DNA of 64,000 nt from Candidatus Obscuribacteraceae bacterium (GCA_044229845.1 JBGASG010000001.1:64001-128000), one strand, 5' to 3'; positions 47,314-58,255 are shown, counted from the first letter of the stretch. Made by a program: numbers and translations. The notes: generated from the letters alone by a model not told the origin.

Positions 47314-49853
47314 AGTTGGTGGAAATCCTGCATGAGGTCTGCGGTTGAGCGGTCTGCCACTTCCCAGAGACTGAGAATCAGGTTAGGCATGCCAGCATAC
47401 ATTAAAGCGCGCGCCAGGCCCAGTATCTCGCCGCCGTCGGTGATCACGTTCACACCGGTCTGGCAGGCGGACAGCACCAGCAGCTTGCCGCAATGGGTGC
47501 GCAGCGCCTTGCCCTGCAGGATGCGGGCGGCGGTCAATATCGAGCCGTCCGCGAGAACTAAGCCGGAGGCTAGCGGTTCCTCCGGGTTGAACACGGCGTG
47601 CCCAGCGAAGTGCACGACCGGATACTTGTCGAAGTTGGACAAAAGACCATCCTTCACTTCCTGATTAGTGAGCAGCTTCGGTTCCTGCGCGTATTGCGAG
47701 GCGAGGCTGAATACTGTCTTGGCTTCTTCCAGTGTATAGCTCAAGTCTTCCAGTCCGGCTGCCGAACGCAGTCGCGAACTAAATACGATGCCGTTGTCGC
47801 GCGTCGCCGAGTAATCGCTGATGGCGCTGATTAAGTAACGGGACGCTTCCGACATTTGTTCGTCGTGCGTTGCTTGCATGAGAATCGGGATCAGGCTGAC
47901 CGTCGGCAGGTAGCTGAGGCTGTAGCGTTGCACCAGATAGCCGTTGCCGTCGTGCAGCGCAGCAAACGGAACCTTGTGCAAGTTGCCGTGCGGCACCATG
48001 ATCAGTTTGGTCACGCTCTCCGGCAGTGCTGCCACCAGTGGTGATACCAGTCGATTGAACAAGCGCTTGCAGATGCTGGTCGGAACTTCCCAGCCTTCGG
48101 TGGCGGACATCTCGAGAAAGTCGGCGACGTCATTGGCCAGCTTGCGCAGTTCTGTTTCGTCCATGATGATGTGCGTTGCCGGCTCGCCGCAATCTTTCCA
48201 GATGGCTGCCGACAGCATGAATTCACCGGTCCAGAAAAACTCCAGAATGGCCGTGTTGTCCGACAGCGGTTTGTGCGCGCCTTCTTGTTTCTTCCAGAGA
48301 TCTTTGACCTCATCAAAGGTCAAGGTGCTGGCCGACACCATGCTTGCATAATTAGGATGGCGACGCTTCAACTGATCGACCACTTCGCGCCATTCATTAT
48401 ATAGACGCGGAGCGTCTTCGGGAGAGATGGTCAAACCGCGGTGTCCGGTGGACGCGGTCGACTCGCCTTCGCCCATGCCCTGCCAGTAAATGCGTTCCAA
48501 ACGCGCGATCTGAGCGCTCAGCGCCTTCTCGCGATCGATCAGTTTGGCGATGGTATCATCTTCGGTGCCCTGCAACTCCGATATATCAATCGGTGAGTTG
48601 TTGAGCAAATCGAGAATCGCCCGAGATTTGGCTCTGCCGACATACTCCAGCGCGGCCACGCGCTTGCCGGCTTCCAGGCACAGCCGGATCATGTCACGAT
48701 AGATAGGTTGAGCGTTGGAAGCAAAGGAAGTCTTGAACGACTCCGAGACTTTGATGCGACTGCGTTGCAGTTCGAAGAGCGAAATAGCCGCATCTAAGTA
48801 ATCGTAAGCCGGGTCATACTTCCCAAGTTTGGCAAACGCGCGACCGACGTTGGCGAGATAGACTCGCTCTCCTAGTTTGTCGTTGATCGACTGTCCGATC
48901 TCCAGAGCCTGTTTGTATGAATCGAGCGCCTTCTCGATTTCGCCTTTCACCGTATGGCAGTCACCCAGCGTGTCCAGGTGAGCCGCTTCGGCGCGGCGGT
49001 CTTTGTTTTCACGGGCGAGCAGCAAGCCTCGTTGCGTCAGCTCCTGGGCTTTGTCCGGATCGCCCAGTTGCAGGTAAACATTGCCGAGGTTGCCGAGCCA
49101 GATGCCTTCACATATATAGTCGAGTCCGTGGGCGGTCTCCAGTGCTTGCTGGTAGCAGCGCACGGCCTGCTCGTAGCGTTCTTCCTGGAAGTGTACGAGA
49201 CCTTCGCTGGCCAGACATTTGGATTCGGCGCTCGGGTCGTTTTGCCGCCGGGCAATTTCAAATGCCTCGCGGTAGGACGAGAGCGCCTGTTCGTACTGCC
49301 CCAGTTCTGTCAGTGTGTTGCCCAGGTTGCCCAGCCAGGCAAACCGGTTGGGGCTTTCGGGCATTATCTCCAGCGACTGCCGGAAGCATTCCGATGCCGG
49401 TTCCATCCATCCGTAGTTGAGATATATAAGTCCAAGCTTGCCGGCTGCCACTTCGGCGGTCGACAGTTCACCACATTCGACTGCGGTATTGAGAGCACGC
49501 AGGAGTTGATCGACGGCTGCCTCATCGTTGCCGCAATCCAACTCCAGCTCAGCCAGGAGGAAACGGGCGTGCGCTTCAATGGGCGCCGCGCCGAACTCGA
49601 TCGCCAGGACTATGCTGAGATCGAGGTTTTCCCGCGCTTCATCGATGCGTCCCTGCTCGCGCTTCGCTAATGCGAGGTAGCTGAGGAAAAGCGCCTCAGC
49701 CAGGACATCTTCAAGCTCGCGGGCGATGGTGACCGCACGGAAATACGCTGCCTCGGCGTTTTTCCAGTGCCTGGCTTCAAGACCAGCCCAGCCAGCTTCA
49801 GAAGCTTGCTGCATCTGTCCTCTAAGCTCAATCTCCAACGATGGATCCCTCAT
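47196..49853 (-). CDS. TPR-repeat CHAT domain protease
   Basis: Many TPRs (WLGNLG); PHG.LH.VPFAAL, HFAGH, LSACQTG, SLWEV. Confidence 0.93.
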   Translation of the reverse strand: MRDPSLEIELRGQMQQASEAGWAGLEARHWKNAEAAYFRAVTIARELEDVLAEALFLSYLALAKREQGRIDEARENLDLSIVLAIEFGAAPIEAHARFLLAELELDCGNDEAAVDQLLRALNTAVECGELSTAEVAAGKLGLIYLNYGWMEPASECFRQSLEIMPESPNRFAWLGNLGNTLTELGQYEQALSSYREAFEIARRQNDPSAESKCLASEGLVHFQEERYEQAVRCYQQALETAHGLDYICEGIWLGNLGNVYLQLGDPDKAQELTQRGLLLARENKDRRAEAAHLDTLGDCHTVKGEIEKALDSYKQALEIGQSINDKLGERVYLANVGRAFAKLGKYDPAYDYLDAAISLFELQRSRIKVSESFKTSFASNAQPIYRDMIRLCLEAGKRVAALEYVGRAKSRAILDLLNNSPIDISELQGTEDDTIAKLIDREKALSAQIARLERIYWQGMGEGESTASTGHRGLTISPEDAPRLYNEWREVVDQLKRRHPNYASMVSASTLTFDEVKDLWKKQEGAHKPLSDNTAILEFFWTGEFMLSAAIWKDCGEPATHIIMDETELRKLANDVADFLEMSATEGWEVPTSICKRLFNRLVSPLVAALPESVTKLIMVPHGNLHKVPFAALHDGNGYLVQRYSLSYLPTVSLIPILMQATHDEQMSEASRYLISAISDYSATRDNGIVFSSRLRSAAGLEDLSYTLEEAKTVFSLASQYAQEPKLLTNQEVKDGLLSNFDKYPVVHFAGHAVFNPEEPLASGLVLADGSILTAARILQGKALRTHCGKLLVLSACQTGVNVITDGGEILGLARALMYAGMPNLILSLWEVADRSTADLMQDFHQLWQAGKNSIPQALQQAQTKAVLAGAPIHAWAPFVHLGID

Positions 49854-50052
49854 GGGTTTCTCCAGGACTTCGATACCACTTTAGCCTGTCTGCACGCGCT
49901 TTGCGCAGTTTTTTGAGACTAGAGTGACCGGGCGGCAATCCGACTGTGCTCGCCTTAGTTCAGAACGCCCTGCCTGTAATGTTTTTGAGGATCACTGGCA
50001 GGATGCATGTATGTATCCGCAGCCCCCGGTTTTTGGACAGAACATTAAAACC

Positions 50053-50088
50053 TAAAAAGTGTTACGCCCGCGGTTTGCACCGCGGGCG
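50053..50088 (-). terminator. Probable intrinsic terminator
   Basis: CGCCCGCGGT/ACCGCGGGCG stem at 50065-50088; T-run a few nt downstream on the - strand. Confidence 0.6.
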
Positions 50089-50118
50089 AACGACCCACCG
50101 AAACTTAGTGAACGTCTT

Positions 50119-51258
50119 TTAGAAGGGACGGTTGTAATTACCCTGATAGGGAGGGTATTGGGCAACCGTTGCCGGCATACGGACTGGCTGGCTTTGAGCC
50201 ATATTTGCCGGCGGCGCAAACCGCTTCTTGGCTCCAGTGACTATCTGCCGCTTAGTGGAGGGCTGGGCAGTAGCTTTTGCTGGACTGGCGACGTTTTTTC
50301 TCCTCTTTGTGCCGTGAGTGATATAGGATCCGCCGAACCCTCCCGAGGAGAGCTGGCTTTTCTGGTGCCATTGACCAAATTTTGGTTTCCCGACCAGCGG
50401 GTTATTTGGTTTTTGGGTTGGACCGGAACCGGTGGTTCCGAATAAGAGATTCAAGGGGAATGGTGCCTGGCCTGCTCCAGAAGCTGGGTTGCCAGAAGGC
50501 GTCGTCATGTCCCCCGTGCTTGTTCCTGCGCCGCGCGTAGCACCGCCTGATAGGATGCGGTTCAACGCTGCTTCATCCTCTGCTGAAAGTATCGGTCCCT
50601 GGTTTTGCTGTTGCGGTGCACGTTGCATCGCCATCGGCATCATGGGTTGCGATACTGGTGGCATCATTGCCACCATTGGTTGTTGTTGGAACTGGGACTC
50701 CTGCAATGGTGCACCGTTGATCGGCATTGCTGCCAGGGCTGGTGCTTTCGCCATTACTTTTTGTACTGCCGCTTTCACGGGGCGAGCGATCGCTTCGTTT
50801 TTGGCGGCTCTGGCAGCCACTCCCGCCCACTGTTGATAGGGACTGGGTGCGGCATCTGCAGTCGGTTGCTGGAACGCGCAGATGCGTCCATTCAACTGAC
50901 TTTGTGGATCTAGTGACGCCTGTTGCGGCATCAAGCCTGTCGACATACTGTTGTCGAGTTGGGCGTATTGTGACACCAGGTCTTTCTGGCGCGGCAGCGA
51001 TCTGCCGGGCTGAAAGGCGCGGAGCATAACGGGTTTGTTAGCGATGGTCGCTGATTTGGCACCTTGGGTGGTGGCGCGCCGTGCCGAGGTATTTGTGATG
51101 ATCGGCTTTCTTTTGGCTGGTGCAACCTGAGTGGTGCTGGTCTGTTTGATCTCCGCCAAACTTGCTTTCAGCCAGTTACCGCTGCTTTCGTCAGCGGCAG
51201 CCGCGCATGGCACGGCAATCAGGTTTGCACCCAACAATAGGATTGAAGAGAGTTTCAT
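50119..51258 (-). CDS. Secreted low-complexity hypothetical protein
   Basis: Signal peptide; Pro/Ala/Gln-rich. Confidence 0.7.
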   Translation of the reverse strand: MKLSSILLLGANLIAVPCAAAADESSGNWLKASLAEIKQTSTTQVAPAKRKPIITNTSARRATTQGAKSATIANKPVMLRAFQPGRSLPRQKDLVSQYAQLDNSMSTGLMPQQASLDPQSQLNGRICAFQQPTADAAPSPYQQWAGVAARAAKNEAIARPVKAAVQKVMAKAPALAAMPINGAPLQESQFQQQPMVAMMPPVSQPMMPMAMQRAPQQQNQGPILSAEDEAALNRILSGGATRGAGTSTGDMTTPSGNPASGAGQAPFPLNLLFGTTGSGPTQKPNNPLVGKPKFGQWHQKSQLSSGGFGGSYITHGTKRRKNVASPAKATAQPSTKRQIVTGAKKRFAPPANMAQSQPVRMPATVAQYPPYQGNYNRPF

Positions 51259-51550
51259 TCAGCGAAGCGCGTTTTGTGGGACTTGTTTCCGGTTGTTTAT
51301 TGGTCCGCACCGACATGTCGTGAGGCGACGTTCGTTGTTCGGTGTAGCAGTTACTTTACGGATTGGGTCGGGTTATGTCACTGGGAGAACTACGCATCGA
51401 GGGCTATGCGAACTTGGATGGCATGGGATTTACACCACTGGGGCGGTCCAACCCTCATCTGGAGCGGGTTTCAGCGAGGTTGTATTTGCCTAATCAGGCG
51501 TTTATCCTCCTTACAACCTGAAACAATCAGCAATTCAGGTTTACAAGGGC

Positions 51551-52234
51551 TCAGTCCCAGACGAGGCGATATCCAACACCCCGCACAGTCAATATATGCT
51601 TCGGGTGACTGGGGTCCTGTTCCAGTTTCTCGCGCAAATAGCGGATATGCACGTCCACCGTGCGGCTCTCGCCGAGGAAGTTGGATCCCCAGACCTGCGA
51701 GAACAGCTGGTCGCGCGTGAAGACGCGATTGGGATGGCGCGCCATGGTGGCAAGCAACTCGAACTCTTTATAGGTGAGGTCGATCAACTGTTCGCCGACT
51801 TTCACAGTGCGGCTGTCCAGATCGATATAGAGACTGCCGTACTTGATTGTGCGATTGCTCGCCTTATCGGGCGGCGTGTCGCGCAGGTGCGCTTTGACCC
51901 GCGCCACCAGCTCGCGCAGGCGCACCGGTTTGGCAATGTAGTCGTTGGCGCCCAGTTCCAGCCCGACCACCGTATCCACTTCGCTGGTGCGCGCCGTCAG
52001 CATGAGAATCGGCGTCTTCTTGTCGCTCGACCTGACGCGCCGGCAGACCTCGTAGCCATCGATGCCGGGCATCATTAAATCCAGGATAATCAAATCAGGG
52101 CGCTGATTCTCGATCAGCTCGATGGCTTTGAATCCATCGTGAGCAAGCAGCGTGGAGAAACCCTCTTGCTTCAGAACATATTGAATGGAATTCGCGATAT
52201 CTACTTCATCATCAACGATGAGGATGCTTTTCAT
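51551..52234 (-). CDS. OmpR/PhoB family response regulator
   Basis: LIVDDE, DLMMP, GANDYIAKP, RTVDVHI, TVRGVGY. Confidence 0.96.
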   Translation of the reverse strand: MKSILIVDDEVDIANSIQYVLKQEGFSTLLAHDGFKAIELIENQRPDLIILDLMMPGIDGYEVCRRVRSSDKKTPILMLTARTSEVDTVVGLELGANDYIAKPVRLRELVARVKAHLRDTPPDKASNRTIKYGSLYIDLDSRTVKVGEQLIDLTYKEFELLATMARHPNRVFTRDQLFSQVWGSNFLGESRTVDVHIRYLREKLEQDPSHPKHILTVRGVGYRLVWD

Positions 52235-52305
52235 GTGGTTGGTCGTGCGCCTTCCTAACCTCTAGACGGCTTTCATAGTATCATCGAGCGTAGGAAGAAG
52301 GGAAA

Positions 52306-53466
52306 ATGCGGAAACCGACAATCTTGGCAGCCGCCGCCATGGCGCTTCTGGTGACGACTGTCAGTGCAGCATTTCAGACTGTTCAGGCCGCTCCGGCTGG
52401 CAAGCCCGGTGGGCTTTTTGCCGGCTTTGCGCCCTATCCGCCCATGATCACGCCCATCAGAATTGGGCTGAAGCCGCATGCGACCATGGCGCGCTTCGCT
52501 GTCTGGGCGCCGGGCTTTGTTTTTGTCGACGGGCAGCCCGTCTTTCCGCTGCAACCGATGACGGTTTACACAATCACCGGCGGTCGCATCGTCGGTCCCG
52601 GTGGACAAAGCTTCCAGTTGCCGATGGACAGGCGCTCGCACGTGACCGCGCGTGATTACAGAATCTGGACCAACAACCACTGGTATCGCGGCGGGCTTGA
52701 GTTGATCAGTTTTGGCAGTTCGGTGAGCGTTCTGAATTTGCTGGATATGGAAGATTACTTGCTCGGTGTCGTGCCTTCTGAGATGCCCTCCAGCTGGCAC
52801 ATCGAAGCATTGAAAGCGCAGGCGGTGGCAGCGCGCAGTTATGCGTGGGCGCACATCGGCTCGGGCTCCAAATGGCGCGCCGAGGGCTATGACTTGAAAC
52901 CCGACGTATCCGATCAGGCATACAACGGATTGGCTGCCGAAGCGAACAGCACCTACAACGCGGTGCAATCCACGCGCGGCATGATTCTCAAAGATTCAGG
53001 ACGCGTCAAGCCCGGCTTCTACCGCGCCTGGGTCGGTGATGCCATGGAGAACCTCAATATTCGCACGCAGCGGGTTCCGAAGGCTCAGCTGGAGAAAATC
53101 ACCGGTGTCTCCGACATTGTCGGTGTTACCGTCAAGCAATTCGATCCCTACGGCAGCGCGCATAACGTGCAGATCATGGGCACCAAAAAGACGCGCGATG
53201 TCTACGGCAAAGCGCTCGCGCAGATGCTTGGGCTGCAAACTGCCGGCATTCTGGACGCACATGAGGAAGGCGACACCTGGCTCTTCACTTATCGAGGTCC
53301 AGGCAATGGTGCTCGCGGACTGAGCCAGCACGGAGCCAACATGCTGGCAAAAAACGGCTGGCGTTTCGACCAGATTTTGCAGCAGTACTACCAGGACGCT
53401 GATGGGCAGCTGCGCCTGGATTACATGAACAATTACCGGTCGTCGACGGCTCAGAAGTCTATATAG
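52306..53466 (+). CDS. SpoIID/LytB domain protein
   Basis: YLLGVVPSEMP, EALKAQAVAARSY, GLSQHGA, ILQQYY. Confidence 0.93.
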   Translation: MRKPTILAAAAMALLVTTVSAAFQTVQAAPAGKPGGLFAGFAPYPPMITPIRIGLKPHATMARFAVWAPGFVFVDGQPVFPLQPMTVYTITGGRIVGPGGQSFQLPMDRRSHVTARDYRIWTNNHWYRGGLELISFGSSVSVLNLLDMEDYLLGVVPSEMPSSWHIEALKAQAVAARSYAWAHIGSGSKWRAEGYDLKPDVSDQAYNGLAAEANSTYNAVQSTRGMILKDSGRVKPGFYRAWVGDAMENLNIRTQRVPKAQLEKITGVSDIVGVTVKQFDPYGSAHNVQIMGTKKTRDVYGKALAQMLGLQTAGILDAHEEGDTWLFTYRGPGNGARGLSQHGANMLAKNGWRFDQILQQYYQDADGQLRLDYMNNYRSSTAQKSI

Positions 53467-53534
53467 TCGCGCTTTGGAACTGAAACTACACACATCCGTC
53501 CTGCTCGATGGAAGAGGCGGAGGAAGAAACGTTC

Positions 53535-54194
53535 ATGCGGGATTCAGTCAGATTTGTTTTGCCGGCACTACTGATGTGGGCGGCGGTCGTGGGCATCAAT
53601 CCATCGTTTGCCGCCGGTGCGGCAGCCGGTGGAGTCGCTCCCTCTGGCGGTGGCATCACCTCCAACATGGGTGTCGGTCCATCAGGTCCCACGGGCAACG
53701 CCTCGTTCGCTTTTCCAACGGCCATCCCGGGACAGTCTCAGGGTGTAGGTCCTGCGGGACCGCCAGGCAATAGCACCGGTCTGCCTGCGCAAACCAATGC
53801 CGGTTTCCCCAACCAGACTACAGTTGGAATTCAGAGAAACAATGCAGGTTTCGGTTTCTCAACTCAGGCATTCGGGTTCGCGCTCAACGGCTGGAACGGC
53901 TACGGTTTCTTTCCGTATGCGCCCACGGATGACGACCTGCTCAAACAGCGGTTAAAGGAGGCTGTGCGCGCTAGAGAAACGGCACCGCAAGCGATGCCGC
54001 TCACCACTTCCATACAACATCGTGGTGCAAAAGTGGTGGCGATCAAAGAACAGGTCATCAATGGACAGGTCGTGCGCAGCGAAGGCACGATGATTCAAGA
54101 GTACTCGCCGCGACCCTCATCGCGCATGGCTGTGCGACCGACCACCAGAACACTTGCGCGGACTATCCCGAAGAAGCATTGCAACTGTAAGTAG
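53535..54194 (+). CDS. Secreted hypothetical protein
   Basis: Signal peptide; Gly/Pro-rich. Confidence 0.65.
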   Translation: MRDSVRFVLPALLMWAAVVGINPSFAAGAAAGGVAPSGGGITSNMGVGPSGPTGNASFAFPTAIPGQSQGVGPAGPPGNSTGLPAQTNAGFPNQTTVGIQRNNAGFGFSTQAFGFALNGWNGYGFFPYAPTDDDLLKQRLKEAVRARETAPQAMPLTTSIQHRGAKVVAIKEQVINGQVVRSEGTMIQEYSPRPSSRMAVRPTTRTLARTIPKKHCNCK

Positions 54195-54195
54195 A

Positions 54196-56601
54196 TCAGG
54201 GTGTCGCTGACTTTGTCGCCGTCTGCTCTGTGGGGATGCGTGGTTGCAAGATATTGAATTGCCGTGTCCATGCCGGTGGACGAGCCTGTGTGTTGCTCAG
54301 CATGCGCTGCCAATCGATGTCTGATACCGGTTCGCCGGAAAACTCGTAGTAAGAGTAGACGGCGCCGCGTGCCAGGGTCCACTCGCCCGTGCGCGGATTT
54401 TGAACGATCACATGCAGGTAGCCGGGCCTGCCGAGGGCGATGTTGAACCCGGCACCGGGATGCTGTCTCGTCTGAGGATCGATGGTGCCGCCGGCGAAAG
54501 GCAGCACTGTCGGTAGTGGCACGTCGACTTTGTCCAGAACCATGTCGATATTGCCGAGCAGGGCTTTGTCGGCCGCTGCCATCGGTCGTCCGGTGCTTTG
54601 CGCCTCCGCGATGGCTTGCAGGCGAGCGCTGAGGCGCACGAAGTCGGCAAAGCGATGTTTTTGATATGGCTGCAGATATCCCAGTTCGGTGAGAGCCTTC
54701 ATGAGCTGATTGGCATCAGCTTGAATGGACGCGAACATGGCGGCGTCCGGCTCCAGCACGTGGTAGTCGGTCGGACCCTGGCGGGGTTTCACCGCCGCGG
54801 GCGTGCCGGGCGCGCCAGCCGCCGCCGGCTGAGCGGACTGTGCAGGTGGGGCGGACTGCGCATGGGACTGTTGAGCCTGTCCCGACGCCGACGCCGGAGC
54901 CTGTCCAAGTGCCGATGCCTGATGGGCGACCGGGGCTCTGGTGGAGGTAGCGGCAGCGCCTGGCGGCACTTCCGCCTTGAGCGGGGCGGTGACGCCACCG
55001 ACAGTTGCGGTCGAAACCGCCGGCGGTGCGATTAAAGTTACGCTGGCCAACCATGCGGCGTAGGCGCTCTCCAGCCTGTGTGTCAGCCAGAGATCGCCGC
55101 GCAAGGCTGCTTGCGTCGCATCTGGAAATCCGCGGAAGTAATTGGCAAAAAGCATCCAGCGGCGCGAGGGAATCGCCTTTGAATCGCCGGAGTTTTTCTC
55201 CACGATTGACCTGAAAAGTTCGCCGTATGTTTTGTTGAAACCGGGGTCGAGCGTGCCCGGATTCTCGGCCAATATGTTGACCGCTTGCGGCGCTCCCCAG
55301 GCGGAGAGGTCGGCGAGACAGACGGGAAACCAGGTGCCGCCTTCTTGTTCGGACGGATAGATGCGAGCGACGGACTGCATCCACTCGATTTCCGGATCGC
55401 CGGTGATTGGAAACAGGCGAAACACTGCCGACGCCTCACGAGCCGAACTGTTGCCGCTCATGTCGAAGATTGATGTGGAGCCGAGATTGACTGGCTTTTG
55501 TCTGCGCACCGCCAGTAGTAGCTTGGTGCGATAAAACGGTTCGGACAATCCGTTGAGAGTATCGCGCAGGTTGTTGGCGTCGTTTTTGAAAACCGTCTTG
55601 TAGTCGGTGGGATAAAGCACGCGATCTCGCCAGGTCAGAGGCTCGGGCGCCAAAAGTGCCAGCTCTTTCTTGATGCGTTCCCACTGATCCAGCGCCGGTT
55701 TGCCGTCGACGCGTCCCAGTTCGAGCGCCCGAAACAGCAACACCGACCGGCGAAAGCTGTTGCTCTTGTTGGTGCTCATGCCGGCGTTGATGTCCGATAT
55801 GGGAAACGACATGCGCGACAGCCATTCGCGAGCCTTATAGAAGTTGCCCAGTTTCTCGGAGCTCTTGTACCAGCCGACAGGGCGAAACCTTTTCATATCT
55901 TCTTCGCGGTCGAAGATGTCCGAGATTCCTTTGTTGCCGGAGTGGATGTTGCGCAGGTCGTGTTCTACCAGAGTGCGCACGCGCCCCAGGTTGAGCATTT
56001 CGAAGCCGGGGTCGAGCAACTTGATGGCGACGCCGAGAAAGGCGATGTTCTTTTCGATGTCCTCGCGCACTTCCTTGTCGTCGGTGCCGTTGTAATCGAT
56101 GGCTGATTGTTCGAGCATAGCGACCAGAAGATGCTTGAGGTCTGGCGCGAAATGCTTTTCGGTCGAATCGGCCAGCACCCGATTGGTGAAGGCTATGTAT
56201 GGATGCAAAATGCAGTCGGTGGTGACGAAGTTGGCTTTGCCGGCGAGTCGATTGTCTCTGTACAGATCCGCCATGCGGGTGTGTTTGGGATCGTTGACGA
56301 TGACGAAATTGTTGAATCCCAGTGTGTCGACGGTTTTGGAAGCCAATCCCGGAATCTTCACGCCATGCAGCGTGACGGGGGTGACGTAGGTGGTGCCCGT
56401 TGTTGCCGGCTTCAAAAACTCTTCGATGCCGCTGGTGTGTTTCTCAAAGTCGATCGGTGCAGGTTGTCGCCCTTGCAAGTTGTAGGGCAGCTTCTGACCT
56501 TCGAAAACATCTGCTCGCGCCGGCGTCTGCATCTGCACCGGCAGTTGCACGCCGAGTGTGGCGGCAACGACCAGGTAGATGGGCAGACGTGATTTGATCA
56601 T
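54196..56601 (-). CDS. DUF3160-like protein
   Basis: FVTTDCILH, F.P.G.Y, LARGAVYSYYEF, W...L...P.W. Confidence 0.75.
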   Translation of the reverse strand: MIKSRLPIYLVVAATLGVQLPVQMQTPARADVFEGQKLPYNLQGRQPAPIDFEKHTSGIEEFLKPATTGTTYVTPVTLHGVKIPGLASKTVDTLGFNNFVIVNDPKHTRMADLYRDNRLAGKANFVTTDCILHPYIAFTNRVLADSTEKHFAPDLKHLLVAMLEQSAIDYNGTDDKEVREDIEKNIAFLGVAIKLLDPGFEMLNLGRVRTLVEHDLRNIHSGNKGISDIFDREEDMKRFRPVGWYKSSEKLGNFYKAREWLSRMSFPISDINAGMSTNKSNSFRRSVLLFRALELGRVDGKPALDQWERIKKELALLAPEPLTWRDRVLYPTDYKTVFKNDANNLRDTLNGLSEPFYRTKLLLAVRRQKPVNLGSTSIFDMSGNSSAREASAVFRLFPITGDPEIEWMQSVARIYPSEQEGGTWFPVCLADLSAWGAPQAVNILAENPGTLDPGFNKTYGELFRSIVEKNSGDSKAIPSRRWMLFANYFRGFPDATQAALRGDLWLTHRLESAYAAWLASVTLIAPPAVSTATVGGVTAPLKAEVPPGAAATSTRAPVAHQASALGQAPASASGQAQQSHAQSAPPAQSAQPAAAGAPGTPAAVKPRQGPTDYHVLEPDAAMFASIQADANQLMKALTELGYLQPYQKHRFADFVRLSARLQAIAEAQSTGRPMAAADKALLGNIDMVLDKVDVPLPTVLPFAGGTIDPQTRQHPGAGFNIALGRPGYLHVIVQNPRTGEWTLARGAVYSYYEFSGEPVSDIDWQRMLSNTQARPPAWTRQFNILQPRIPTEQTATKSATP

Positions 56602-58241
56602 TTGATAAAGTCGAGGGCGACGAAGCGCGCCATGTTTATGCCGTCGGCGTCGTTTAGTTCCGTGACCAGCACTGGATTGAGCGGATCATCAAGGGTCATC
56701 ACCATCACCGCTTCCTCGCGGGCATTCTTGCGGGCCACAGACATGGTGCTGATGTTGATGTCGAAGGCGCCCAGTATACCGGCAACCTTGGCTACCATGC
56801 CAGGCTGATCGCGGTGACTGGTGAAGAGCATGTACTTGTGCGGCATCAGGTTGATCGGGAATTCATTAATTCTGGTTATGATTGGCTCGTCCTGCGCCAG
56901 CAGCGTGCCACTTATGGTCGACGTCGATCTCTCGGCGACAACGCGAATGCCCAGCTCGCCTTTGTCGTCGACGCTCTGGCGATCGTCCGATTTTGTTTCG
57001 CGCACTTGAATCCCGTGGTTTTTTGCCACCAGCATCGAGTTGACGTAGGTGACGCCTTCGATTTTAGAAGCGAATACGCCGCGCAGCGCCGCCACCACTA
57101 GCGGTGCGACATCCTTTTGGGCCAGGCTGCCGCTGGCGACCACTTCGACTTCCTTGACGTTTCCTTCGCAAAGCTCGCTGGCGATGGCGCCCATGGTTTC
57201 TGCCAGGAAAATGAACCGTCCAAGCAGCGCCACGATTTCGGGACGCATGTAGGGCATGTTGACGGGGCTGCGCACCACGCCGCCGGTCAGATAATCGCGA
57301 ATCTGCTCAGCCAGATCTATGGCGACGTTGAACTGCGCCTCCACCGTGGAGGCTCCCAGGTGTGGCGTCAAAATTACCTTGTCGCCAAGCTCGGAGAGGG
57401 TCTTGTCGGCGGGCGGCTCCTGCTCGAAAACATCCAACGCCGCCGCTGCCACGCGACCATCGCGAATGGCCTCCGCCAGTGCTTTTTCATCGATGATGCC
57501 ACCGCGCGCGGTGTTGACGATGCGCACGCCCGGCTTAACCTTTTGCAGCACCTGCTCGTTGATCAAGCTGGTGGTCTCGCGCGTCTTCGGTGTGTGGATT
57601 GTGATGTAATCAGCCTTGGCCCATATCTCATCCAGCCCGACGCTGGTGATGTTCAAGCGTGCAGCACGTTCGGCGCTGATCAACGGGTCGTAACCGAGCA
57701 CTTTCATGCCCACGCCCTGGGCGGCTTGCGCCACGCGGCTGCCGACTTTGCCCAGCCCGATCACGCCTAAAGTCTTGTTGAACAATTCGCTGCCCAGAAA
57801 ACGGTTGCGCTCCCACTTGCCGCTTTTCATAGAAGCGTCGGCCGCCGGTATCAGGCGTGCCATGGAAAACATGAGGGCGACCGCATGCTCTGCGGCGCTT
57901 GCCGTGTTGCCTTCCGGCGAGTTGACGACGACGATACCAGCTTCGGTGGCGGCATTCAGGTCGATGTTGTCGACTCCGACGCCGGCTCGCCCGATCAACT
58001 TGAGTTTCTTCCCATGCTTGATCACATCAGCCGTGATTTTAGATCGACTGCGCACCAGCACCGCATCGACACCGGCGATTTCATTGAGCAACTGCTCCGG
58101 CGTCACATCCGGCTTGTAGACTACATCGAGCGCGGCGCTCATAATGTCCAGTCCTTCTTTGCTGATTTCATCGGCTACGAGAACGGTGGGCATGGAGTTG
58201 GTTCCTTGTTTCTGGTCTTTATCTTTCGTCTTGGTTTGCAT
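56598..58241 (-). CDS. serA: D-3-phosphoglycerate dehydrogenase
   Basis: RAGVGVDNID, GLGKVG, TPHLGAST, C-terminal ACT (DQPGM). Confidence 0.96.
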   Translation of the reverse strand: MQTKTKDKDQKQGTNSMPTVLVADEISKEGLDIMSAALDVVYKPDVTPEQLLNEIAGVDAVLVRSRSKITADVIKHGKKLKLIGRAGVGVDNIDLNAATEAGIVVVNSPEGNTASAAEHAVALMFSMARLIPAADASMKSGKWERNRFLGSELFNKTLGVIGLGKVGSRVAQAAQGVGMKVLGYDPLISAERAARLNITSVGLDEIWAKADYITIHTPKTRETTSLINEQVLQKVKPGVRIVNTARGGIIDEKALAEAIRDGRVAAAALDVFEQEPPADKTLSELGDKVILTPHLGASTVEAQFNVAIDLAEQIRDYLTGGVVRSPVNMPYMRPEIVALLGRFIFLAETMGAIASELCEGNVKEVEVVASGSLAQKDVAPLVVAALRGVFASKIEGVTYVNSMLVAKNHGIQVRETKSDDRQSVDDKGELGIRVVAERSTSTISGTLLAQDEPIITRINEFPINLMPHKYMLFTSHRDQPGMVAKVAGILGAFDINISTMSVARKNAREEAVMVMTLDDPLNPVLVTELNDADGINMARFVALDFIK

Positions 58242-58255
58242 CGTCAGTTTTTCTT

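Noticed and set aside
51511..51546. Binding box for the adjacent OmpR regulator
   Set aside because: An AACCTGAA/TTCAGGTT inverted repeat is present but no clean 11-bp direct repeat; it may be a weak terminator
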